Shown here in pieces: positions 11,021 through 22,500 of a stretch of DNA of 64,000 nt (position 1 is the first letter of the stretch; each line of letters begins with the position of its first letter). The stretch comes from Thalia democratica (Eukaryota): the NCBI GenBank assembly GCA_965202585.1, contig CBDBBG010000298.1, positions 1-64,000 of the forward strand. The letters are read 5' to 3'. The position numbers were made by a program, and so were the translations under genes. The notes below the pieces were generated by a model. That model ran no database searches. It was not told where the DNA came from and worked only from the letters and a program-made list of their open reading frames with translations.

Positions 11021-11712
11021 AAGAATTCTTTTGAATTTTTCTCTACTCAGTTCACTTTACAATGATGTTTCAAAGATTTCAAAGACTGAAATGCAAGTTT
11101 TTAAAGCCTCTTGATGATTTTTTTTTCATCAAGTAAGCCAATTGATCTTTTCTGAACATGTCATGCTTCTAGTATAAAAGCTTGTCACAGATTTTATAAA
11201 TAAAGATACATGCATTCTGTGATGAATCAGAAAATAAAGATTTTTTCAAAGGTTTTGCATGAGAAAAATAATATAGATTATCAACATAAACTTTCAAGAC
11301 TGTTGAATGCCAAACTAAGTCAAATGCTTTCTTAAAATTACTCACACAATATAGAAATATAAGAATTCTTTTGAATGTTTCTCTACTTATTTCACTTTAT
11401 ATTGATGTTTCAAAGACTGATATGCAAGTTTTTAAAGCCTCTTGATGATTTTTTTTTGCCTCAAGTAAGTGCATTCAAGCCAATTGATCTTGCTGAACAT
11501 GTCATGTTTGTGAGTATAAAAACTTATCACAATTTTTATAAATAAAGATATATGATTCTGTGATGAACTAGAAGATTAAATAAAGAATTTTTTCAAAGCT
11601 ATTGCATGAGAAAAATAATATAAATTATCAACATAAACTTTCAAGACTGTTGAATGCCAAACTAGGTCAAATGCTTTCTTAAACTTACTCACACAATGTA
11701 GAAACATATAAG
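11021..11712. repeat. Tandem dimer of a ~340-bp sequence (also ~29629-30337, ~46111-46815)
   Basis: AAGAATTCTTTTGAAT begins at 11021 and 11361; both halves share TTTAAAGCCTCTTGATGATTTT and CAAGACTGTTGAATGCCAAACTA. Confidence 0.9.
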
Positions 11713-13731
11713 ACTTTTAGAAGATAAAATGAGCAACAATCATCAAGTTTTATCTTCAAAAATATTGACAATCAAATATAGTTTGCTTAAGTACAAAGCT
11801 CACATAAACAGTATAAAAAAGAAAAAAAAAAGTTTCAGAGTTACTTCACACCTACAGCATCTAAGGTGTTTTTACTACAAGTGCTTTTCTCAAAAGAATA
11901 TTCATTGAAAAAAATATTTTGCAAAGTACTATTTTATTGTGATGTCACATTAAAATGTAAGACTTTAGAGAATTCATAAAAACTACAAATTGAAACACTA
12001 TCTTAGCATGGCAGGGTGGTTTTTAGCTTTTTCGAAAATAAAATGCTTTATTTTACATAATGTTAAACCTTAAACTTTTTATTGTAAAAGATAAACTGTT
12101 TTAATTTCATTCTTATTATTCATTCTTTTTTAAGTTTTTCGTAGTTTCTACCTTTTTACTACATTGGCGATAACTGGTTAACATATTGTATAATATTTAA
12201 GCTACAGTAATTCATTAAGCTCGTATAAACTACATTGACAACTTTATAAAGACATATAATTTAAGCGTTTAACTCTTAATTTTACAAAATAGTTTTCTTT
12301 TTTTGTTTTTTTTGTTTTGTATAAGTTTATTACTTAACAATTTGTACAAGATTGATTATATTTAGCGAAAAGCCTTTATCTCATCAGGTAATAGCATTAA
12401 ATTTAACTTTTGCAAAATCATTTTAGTTATTATTTAATTTGAATCGTTTTGCCATATTAGCCAAAACTATACAGTTTTTGTAGTCATTGATATAACAACT
12501 TTTTGAAGCAGGTAGAAAATAAAAAAACCATATTGTGCATAGTGAGTGAATGCTAAATAAAGACACACTTATCAAAATATTTATGTCAAATTTTAAATGT
12601 GATCAAAATGAAACTTGTCAAATTCCAAGTTTGTTGGCTGACTTGTTTATAAAAACCTACGTTCTGTTTAAAAAAAATACATTAGCAATTATTACAAACT
12701 TTAACACTAGTAACCGTTAGTTTTAGTATTATTTTTTACTATTAGATCTATTTTAATGAAACATTCATACTAGTTGAAAGTTTAAAAGAATTACAATGTT
12801 AGAGCAAAAGGTCTTTCTCTATACTTAATTGTTTAAATTGGACACATTTTTTTGTTTTTAATAACAAGAACTTTTATTATTTACGTTTTTTTAAGGAACA
12901 AATTGAGATCGCTACATATTTCGAATAAGTTTTGTTTCTAAAACTATGAAAGTTAAAGATGCGTAAGACCCGGTCTAGACAGAAAAATACCAAATAGACA
13001 GAAATAATAAACTTTTAATTTTGAAATTCTAACTTAAAAGAGCAATTGCTAATACAGTTATCATGCAATCAAAAATAGCACCCTGCAGCAATTGTATAGT
13101 TTATAATTAATCTTTCTACATTCACTAATGTCAAACCTACACTTTTTAGTCTTCATTCTATTATCAACTTTCTATAGTATGTAATCAGCTTGTTTTATTC
13201 CTTAATTTAAAGCCACTAATGTTTTTTATTTTAATATAACAGTTTCACGTTCAGTTTTTTAAGAGCCTAAACCCATAGTGTTTGTTTAGTATTTTATTCA
13301 AATCATTGATTAACTTTCTAACTAACATAATTTACAACTTCTTACCTACTTGTTTTGCTTTATAGTATCTTCCATGTTTTGTTTAACTTTTATTTTTCAG
13401 ATTTAAATTGTGACTGAAGATCCATTAAAGGGTTAAACTTAGTTTCTTAAATAAAAATATTAAACAATTAATGTTGTATATTAATTATTTACTCAAAACT
13501 TTTGTTTTTATAATTTTTACTTTTAACAACTACCAAAACATGCGTTTTGAACAAGAACATAAACTTGTGAATTTTTGGGAGATTAGTATAGATTAATCTC
13601 ATAGAAAATATATCAGGTTGTTAAAAGATTTTTTTAGTGAAATGTTTTGTATTGTAAAATTTAATTTAAAACTTTATCCAAAACTGTCGAAAATATGTAA
13701 GCCAAGCAAAATTTTGTCTTTTTAATGTGCT

Positions 13732-14099
13732 CAGGGTTGCCACTGGTTTTTGATAAATTTCTTTCAGCTTTTTGAAAAGACACGTTTTTGGGTTTGATTT
13801 TAGTTTCAAATTGAGTTGAACTTTAAAAACTGTTATAAGTAGTATAACAACATTGAAAAGATACTGTAAAGCTAATTTAAATGTGTTTTTCAATAAAAAA
13901 TATTTTGATGATGACAAAGTTTTCTATTTATATGATAGATTTTTCGTTTCAAATCAATACATACTACTAAAAACGTAAAAATTGTTTAAAATTCCGAGTC
14001 TTTTTTAAATGTCTCAAATTCCAGGTATTTTTCAAGGTTTTTAGCCTAAATTGTCGAATTTTAGATTTTTCAAGGATTCCAGGTTTCGTGGCAACCCTG
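13732..14099. mobile_element. 368-bp MITE, family member 2; also at 32360-32727, 48837-49204
   Basis: Perfect 12-bp TIR CAGGGTTGCCAC / GTGGCAACCCTG with flanks TGTGCT / TGTACT (5/6). Shares internal blocks with member 1 (AAGATACTGTAAAGCTA, TTTTCTATTTATATGATAGAT, GCCTAAATTGTC). Confidence 0.85.
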
Positions 14100-14913
14100 T
14101 GTACTGATGATTTTTGTAATGCTTGAGCTTTTTAATTTGAGATTTGAGTAAATATATAAAACAGTTTACATAAGTTGATGATTAGAGTTTTTGAAAGATT
14201 TATCATGTGCGTATTTAGTATTTAGTTTAAATATAAAGTATATATCAAATAAGCTGTTGCCAAATGCACAACTAAAAAGAATTTTTACACATATCAAAAA
14301 ATATAAAAACAATTCATTAAGGTTTATAAAATTTGTAAAAGATAGTTTCATATATTTTTAGAAAAATTACTTAAACACTGTGATTGTAGGAATTTACAAA
14401 AATGTTTGATACATTAGGTAAGTAATTTATTAAATAAAAGTTCTAACATCAGAAATTTTTTTTGTAAAAAGAATTTATACAAAAACATAATAAAAGCAGC
14501 GAAAATTAATAAAATATCACTAAAGTTTGGTCGAATGTTAATAAACTGCGTAAATCTCAACAAAATTAAAGTAAAGAAATTTTGGACAACTTAATCGTTG
14601 TTAAATTAATTAAATAATCCAGGAATGATCAAAAATGTGCAAACAGAATAGTACTGCCATATGTATATGAATAAAAAATCATTTTAGTACAATAATTACA
14701 AAAAAGTTTCAACTTGTGTAAGAACAATGTTAGTAAAAGCACTTTAGGTGAAATAGACAATTTTTTTTTGTTAAAAGCTTAATTGAACTTTTAGGTTTTT
14801 TTAAATTTTCTAAAACTTTCATTTGATGTCACACAATAAACCACAATTATTATTTTTTAATAAATTTTAACTCTGAGGTTTTTAGAATCAAATTTCAAAA
14901 ACAAACAAAAAAA

Positions 14914-17900
14914 TTACTCCTCCTTATTTTCAGGTGATTCGCTTTCTTTCTGAATTTCCTCATTTTCGACCTGAATTTCTTCTTCAACCTGATTTTCCTC
15001 CTGAACTTCAAGTACTTCCTCCACGGCATCTTCCTGAATATTTTCTTCAATATTTTCATTATTTTCTTTTTCTTTTGTTATTTCTTCGACTTTATCTTCA
15101 ACTCGGTCCATCCTCTCACCTAAACTGCACATTGCCTGAAAAAATATTTATGTCTAAAAATATCGTTATTTTTTTGATTATTTATATACTCTTTGAGTGT
15201 AACTAAAAAAATGAAAAAAAATATTATTATTAAAGAGTAGATGTGAACTAATTAGGAACGATTTCGATGTTTTATAACTAAATTAATCAGTTTCATTTTA
15301 AATCATGTTCAGTCTGTTTAATAGCTAAAAATATCTTGAAACAAAAACTTATTTTATTAAAAAAAAAAACTTCGGTCGTTGCAAGTTTCACAAAATTATA
15401 ACACTTAAGTAAAATTTTAAAGAACTTAACTATGGTATGAATTGTGGTATAAATTTTCAATATACTACACACCATTTATTTTACGTTTTTAACAAAAAAA
15501 ATTATAAAAATGGAGCTTTACTATCTTAAAAAAAATCAGGCGTTGTAAGCTTCATAAATTTTTACTCGAAATTTAACAAACAGAGTAATGTTTTAAGAAC
15601 TGGTGTGAACTTCTGCTATGCCGTATTTTACTTTTTCAACAAACTACACACCAGTTATTTTACGCTTTTCATATATAAGCTAGCCACTTATTGTTTTTAA
15701 AAACAAAAACACTTGATAAAGCATGTCACAATTAAAGCAAATATATCTAACCTTTTAGTTATATCATACACACTTGGTAAGATACTTGAAAGGATCAACT
15801 AAACAGTCACGTAAACAACAAAGAAATATAGCAATTTATTTTGAAATAATAATAAGTCATGTAAATAATAACAAGTTATTTAATTTATCAAAAGTTTTCA
15901 ACAAACCCTGTTCAACAAATCGAGCTGTCCCAAAATCTGCTCCAAAATTTGATCGGTTTTATTCTTGGGATTACCCTCATTTGGGGTTGAGGCCCCTTGA
16001 TTTACCTGCGGGGACTCAGCCCTGCTGGGTTCCGGCTCTGGGGTGAGGGTCCCCGAAACTTCCGGGAGCTTCTCGGGCGGTTGCTGGGGCAACGGAGGGG
16101 GCTGGGCGGACTCCACGGTGACCACCCCGATTTTGGGGGTTTTATTTTTTACTTTTGTGGCCAGTTTCTTTCTGGCTTCGGATATTTTTGTTGACGTGGA
16201 CGCCTTCAGGTCCTCGATCGTCGAAATTGAATCCTTGGAAAAAAACATTTACATAAAAGTTTTAGTTTATATTTATAAAAATGTTTTTGCTTTATTCGTT
16301 GAAACTGAATCTTGAATTTTTTTTACTTTTATTTTGTTACTTCTGCTAATTTACTGTTTATCTGATAAACCGTTTCATTTAAAAGCAGTTTTGTACTTTT
16401 TAAAATAAACTATGTTTACAGTGTTTTTAAATATTTATGATGTCCTTATTTACTCTGTTAAAAAGTATGCAGTATTTAGTTGGTGTAAAATCTCAGATGA
16501 ACCAGAAATATATAACAACAATGTTCAACCTAAAATGATTTTATTATCAAATATTAATTAAGTAAAATGTTAATACAAATTTATCATCGCGAAATTTTCA
16601 ACTTAGTTGTTAAATGTAAAAAAGTTGTACTAAATAAATAATTATAAGGAAATATTTAATAAAATCAAACACACTTCTTCATCTGCAGCTAGTTCGTCTT
16701 CGTGGGCAACTTCTTGTAATGTTTTCTTAATTGGTTTGTTTTCTGAAAAAAAATTATAGTTGTTATGTTTTTTTAATCAATTAGGAACTTATTTTCTTAA
16801 ATTAAATGTTTTCTTATTTGGTTTGTTTTATGAATGAAAAAAAGTTTACTACTTCTTGAAAAGTTTTCTTAAGTACTTTATTTTGTTAGAAAAAATACTT
16901 CTTGCAAAGTTTTTTTTTACATACTTCTGAAAATGAAATTATATTTATAACCTATTGTTATGTTTTGTTTTATTAGATTGTTTTCTGTTAAAGTTTTATT
17001 CATTTTATTTACTTCTTACAATGTTTTATTACTTCTTGTTAAGTAGCTATATTTACCAGGAATTTATTTATTGTAAAAAAAAAATAATATCATACTTTAA
17101 TTAAAGATCAACTTTGTTATATACTAATTAAATGTTTCTTCTTTATTTATACTATGTCCTCAACAAATCAAACTTCAAACTGCAATTATACTCTAAACAT
17201 TTTATTCCTCAAGTTTAGTTTATTTCCTTGTAACATTTTATTTTATTCTTAAGAGTTTGCTACACTTGAAAGAAAAAAAAATAAACAACCTAATAAATAA
17301 TTACAAACTAGTCTGAGTTGGAATAAGTTTATTTTGATACTTTTTTGTTTAACTTCCACCTCCGACGCTATCATGACTTACACACAACTTTATGCCTACA
17401 AAACTTTATAAACACTCTAAAACTGTTTGTTCAGAACAAGATAGTTTTAAAATTTCATACAACACTACCCAGTTGTGAAAATAAAAAAAAAGCTAAAACC
17501 ACTGAACAAAGTTTAGTTATTTATATTGAAAACAACTTAAACTAGAACATAACAAGTTATAGTATGTTTTCAGCTGAAGCACTAAACTTGTTATTTTTAA
17601 CCTAAATTTATTATACTTTACGTTTATAAAAAAATTCAGCATTGAAATAAAAACTTAAATATTTTTATTTAGTAAAGCTAGTTGCAAGGCGAAAAGTTTA
17701 ACGAATTGAAATGATACAAATAATAACTTAATAAAAATTGTATGGTAACAGACAATAAAAATATGATGCAACAGAATGTTAAAGACCAAATCAATTTAAT
17801 CTCTTCAAACTTCTTAAAAAACTATAAATTTTTTAATTTCAAAATAATTTTGAGCATAAGGCTACCCTTGTAGTATTAATTTCCTTTTATAAATTTTAAA

Positions 17901-19581
17901 ACTTGAACTTTGTATATATTAACTAGTTTGAACTTAATTATAGTTGAAATGAAGTAGTTTTAATTCAACAACTATTTGATATACTTCTAATAACAACACA
18001 TGTCAATTACAACATAAGAAATAAAATAAACATAGCAAATTCATATTCTACAACATTCTAACAAAGTAAACTTCTAGCTTAAATCAACGTTTTGAATTAA
18101 AAATTAGCTTTTTTATAAGTATGCAATATGCGAATAAATGTAAATAAGATATTTTTTTGCAAAGGGTGTAAACAGTGTAAAACAGTATAAAAAATTAAAG
18201 AAAATTACTATAAAAACTGTAACTAGAAGTCTTGCTGTAAGGAACTAAATTAAAGCTTACAATTTTAAGGGATTATATGACAATTCAAAATCTGACAACT
18301 CAAATTATTAAAAAATTGTAAAAGGGTCTACATCTCAAAAAGTTTTTTGAGAAAATAAAAAATGCTTTTATAGGTCTAAATCATAAGATTTGACGGTAAA
18401 ATATATTTTATTTTATTAAAAGAGATAACTGAAAAAAAACTCAGAAGTATCAAAATTTAAAATGTCGGAATTTAAATAGTCGTGCACCCGTTTTTGATTA
18501 AAAACATTGGTCTAATTATTAAAGCTAATCCTAGACAGAAAAAAATATACTAGATACTAAGTATTAGGGTAGACTGAAACACTAGACCAGAAAACTAAGA
18601 ACTAGGGTAGACTAAAGCATTAGGGCAAAAATGACGACCTGGGCAAATCTAACACCTACCCATAGCACAATTCCACCCAATTTTTTTTATATTTTTAAAC
18701 TGTTTTTATTTTTTTTTATTTTGTATCACTATTTTCCCTAACCCTTACCCTTGGTCGGTAAGCGGTTCTCGGATTTGATCGGGTGGAAATTGATCGCGGG
18801 TTGGAACTGAGCGGTTCCCCCTTCCCATACAAGTAAGTTATTACAAGAACGCATTGTCGTTGTGAGAGTGATACTTTTACAATAATTGTTTTCTTGCACT
18901 AAAGCCAAGGGTCAGAGATATTTAAGAGCGAGAGAAAACTGTCACCCGTACAAAATAACAAACAACCACGTTTTTACATTCTGCAAAGAACATTATTTAG
19001 GTTAATAATAAACAGCTTCTTCTTCAGGGATATTTAAAACAGTGAAATTTGTCAAACAGGGAGATTCGAACTTTGAAAACCGTTTTTAAGAAATTCATAT
19101 TATACTTGACGAAACGTCGTCAGATATCTTATAATAACATCATGTGTTTTTCTTAAAGCTGGTCAAAACATTAGATTTAAAGTTGACAGCCAAAACATTC
19201 ACTTGTGTACAACTGACACCATTTATTACACAGCTAATTTTTTTTTAGAACTGTTTTCATTTATAAGACCCTCTAAGATCAACAACCTTCGAAACTTTTG
19301 TTAAAAATAATCGAAATCAGAAAAAAAAAAATTGTTACGTCAAACAAAAAAAAAACACAAACCACTTAATTTTTACAAAGAAAGCTTGTTTTTCAAACAA
19401 ACGAACTTAATATGGAGTTGTTGGCGTAGCAAACCGGTGCCTGGCACCTGGAACTGTCCTGACTCATGCACGGAGGGGCGGAACTCACGCAGGGCGGAGC
19501 TGGATGCCCGGATGTCATCTTCTCGATCCTGAACTGCTCCATGTGCTCCGGATTGTCGAAATTCGTCTTCCAAACAAGTAC
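14914..19581 (-). CDS. POC1: POC1-like 3' half, copy G2; exons 19581-19407, 18898-18749, 16742-16675, 16233-15907, 15135-14914 (313 aa)
   Basis: Exon 1 reads VLVWKTNFDNPEHMEQ..., which I recognise as the end of the POC1 WD40 domain (QVxVWKxNFD). Exons 4-5 join to LEQILGQLDLLNRAMCSLGERMDRVEDKV, similar to the Poc1 motif as I recall it ([29 protein letters not shown]). All junctions are GT-AG with matching phases (1,1,0,0); the total is 942 nt, open to TAA. Exon 2 and the exon-1 donor are the least certain parts. Functional status is unknown. Confidence 0.8.
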
Positions 19582-22500
19582 CTTTGAAGTTGATAAATTA
19601 TCACTTATAAACAGTAAATGTTCAATAATTTAAAAACATTTTGCTCCGGATTTTCGGAATTTGTCTTCCATACTCATACCTATTATTAAAAAATTAAAAA
19701 TGATCAAGTTATTGGCATTTATGAAGGGATTGATTTGAAAATTTTTGTTATTTAAAAACTTTTGCTCCGGATTGTCGAAATTTGTCTTCCAAACTAATAC
19801 CTTTGAAATGATTAAACTATCAGTTATAAATAAAATTATTAGTAAATACTTTTTATTTGTGAGTTCCATGTGCTCAGGATTGTCGAAATTTGTCTTACAA
19901 ACTAATACCTGTTGATAAGAAAAATAAAGGTAATTAAGTTATTGTCATTTATGAAGAAAAGAACTTAAAAATTTTTATTTTTCAAGACTTTTATGCTCCA
20001 GACTGTTGAAATTCGTCTTTCATACTAAAACCTTTAAAATGATTTAATTATTACTTACAAATAAAAAACTGTAGTTGTTTTTTATTTGTGAGTTCCATAA
20101 GCTCAGAATTGTCAAAACTTGTCTTCAAAACTAATGCCTGGGTTTAAAATTGCATCAAAGTAACTAATTTGGTACACTTATTAACTAAATAATTAAAAGC
20201 TATTGTCATACTTGAATATTTTGCTATAGATTATCGAAACTTTACTTCCAAACTAGCACCCAAGTTTATAAAAATAATTAGTTATCGTATCTTAAATAAG
20301 CACAAAAGAAGAATATCTCTGACTTCATGTATTGTTCGCTCAGAAGCTAATATAGAATTTTTAATTCCAGTTAAAGTTGAAATCTCATCTTTGAAAAATT
20401 TCAGAAAACTAAGAAAATTTTCAAAAGAAACAACCACTTTCTATTTAATCATGATTATTTAATCATGATTGGTATACTTTAGGGCAAAAAACCAATGCAA
20501 CAACTAAATAACACAAAAAAAATGTTTTAGACATGGAATTTTAACAGGCGACGATACAACGAACAAACAAGATTAGTTCAAGAAAACCATGGTAACAACA
20601 TAAAACAAGAATTTCACTCTGAATTAGTTCCATAAATTTGTTGAACTTGATTTAGAGTATAATATATGGATTATTTAATACAAATATACATAATTTGTAT
20701 TAAATGTGCATCTTATAAAACTAAAAACCACAGTATAAATATGAAACTTTGTATGTTACTTTTGTACTTTTAACATTTGCTCATTATATGATGGTAGTAA
20801 TTAAATATATTAAAAACTTAGAAAACAATTTAAAAACAAAAATCTTTAGAAAGCACAACAAACTAATTACTGATTTATCACAGGTATGACCTTAATATTT
20901 AATGAGGTTGAAAACTAAGAATAAAACTTAGAATATTAATTAATTTCAGAATTTAAATTCAAACTTAAGAGTAATTAAAATCATGGACTGGTACAAAAAA
21001 GATTAAAAAATGGCTTTAAGATGTACAAAAAATTAACTCAAGCTTAATGTACAACGTATCTCCGACAACAATTGATATATTGTCAACACAAGACTTAAAG
21101 TTTTCAAAAACATACAATAAAACCTGAGAAAGATATAAAAATAATAATGAATGCATATAAAAATAAAACAAAGGTAAGAACAAAACTAACTGCACATTTA
21201 AAATGACTGTTTTAAGAAAAAAATATGTCATTCATGTATGTAAAAAAGACATATAACCAACGAACTTATTGCGTGAAACAAAATCAACATCATATGGCAA
21301 TAAATTAAAGCAACCCAGAAAACAAAACTATCAAAAGTACGTTCACGCAACTCAAAAAAGGTGAGAAAATATTTATTCGAATTTAATTTAAAGTTTAAGC
21401 AGATTTTTGACTGTCGTATAAATTAAAATGTTTACTCATTTTAAAGATAGAATCAAAACAGTTTATTGGAAATATAAAAAAAAAAGAACTGATAATGTTT
21501 TAACATTACAAATGAAATTAAGAAAGTTTCAAATCAGATATTTTGATTGTTACGTCATTTCAAAGAGTAAGAACATGTAAAAGACTTTGGGTAAAGTTTA
21601 AAGAAAATATTTGAATTAAAATAACTAATAACATGGACAGTTTAATAATTTACGAACATTACAACATGATGTCTTATTTAAACTTTAGACTACAAACCAT
21701 AAAAGTTTAACCATAGAAAATAAACATGAATTGACCCTTACTATTTACTTTTAAACTGAATCAATATCAACCAATTTAAAATAAGAATTAAAATAAATTG
21801 AATATAAGGTCAGTCTATTAAACAAACTCTTAAAGAATATTGTAATCATTTATAAACTACTATCTTAAGTCAATATATTGATTTAAAAATATTTTTTAAC
21901 GGTGATTCATAATTTTGAAACGCTTTCTAACAGCTAAAGTTATAGTTTACTTAAATATATGAAATTGTAGTTTAATACTCAAAAATGACTCTTAACCTTG
22001 TATAAACCAAGAAAATTTAATATGATTATGAATAGGTAAATAAAATCAATAAAAATACAAACTGTTGAGTTACACGCTCATCAGGTGTAGTACAACTACA
22101 GCTATAGAAACTGAATGGCTTTAAAATCTTCACATTTATTCACAATATTCTACGATTTGTAATATTAAGTACAACTTTAATAAGTACTGGAAATAAGTAC
22201 AACTTTTCTTAAACAATAAGGTTAAAAATAAAGCAAAAAATAAAGCAATTTCAGCTGATGACAGTAATACGACTTAGCTTTAGAAAAGTAAAAACTAAGT
22301 AAAAAAGCTATAAAAGTCCTTAAATGGTATATTTGAAGTTGCTTTGTTTTATTTTGGACAAAAATCTAATTTAAAGTGTTTTTAATAATGACAAATTAAC
22401 AATGTTTTAGACATGGAATTTTAACAGGTGACGATACAACGAACAAACAAGATTAGTTCAAGAAAACCATGGCAACAACATAAAACAAGAATGTCACTCT

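Larger units (their letters stand above)
1..18880. repeat. Tandem macro-repeat unit A (~18.9 kb; boundary set arbitrarily at window start)
   Basis: AATAATTGTTTTCTTGCACTAAAGCCAAGG at 1 recurs at 18881 and (one mismatch) at 54022; the sequence between is colinear with the later units. Confidence 0.97.

Noticed and set aside
13666-13917. 83-aa ORF MSSSKYFLL...
   Set aside because: It lies across a non-autonomous MITE and has no transposase motifs.
1400-14900. Upstream POC1 WD40 exons
   Set aside because: I looked for GH, WD and SxD motif codons on the minus strand and found none convincing; very short exons could have been missed without a profile search.
15774-16315. Plus-strand ORFs over exons 4 and 5 (15774, 15997, 16043, 14934 and equivalents)
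   Set aside because: Antisense shadows of GC-richer coding exons; their lengths vary between units and they have no recognisable motif.
17310-17380. Possible mini-exon MIASEVEVKQK in intron 2
   Set aside because: No clear acceptor, weak donor, and not needed for the frame.
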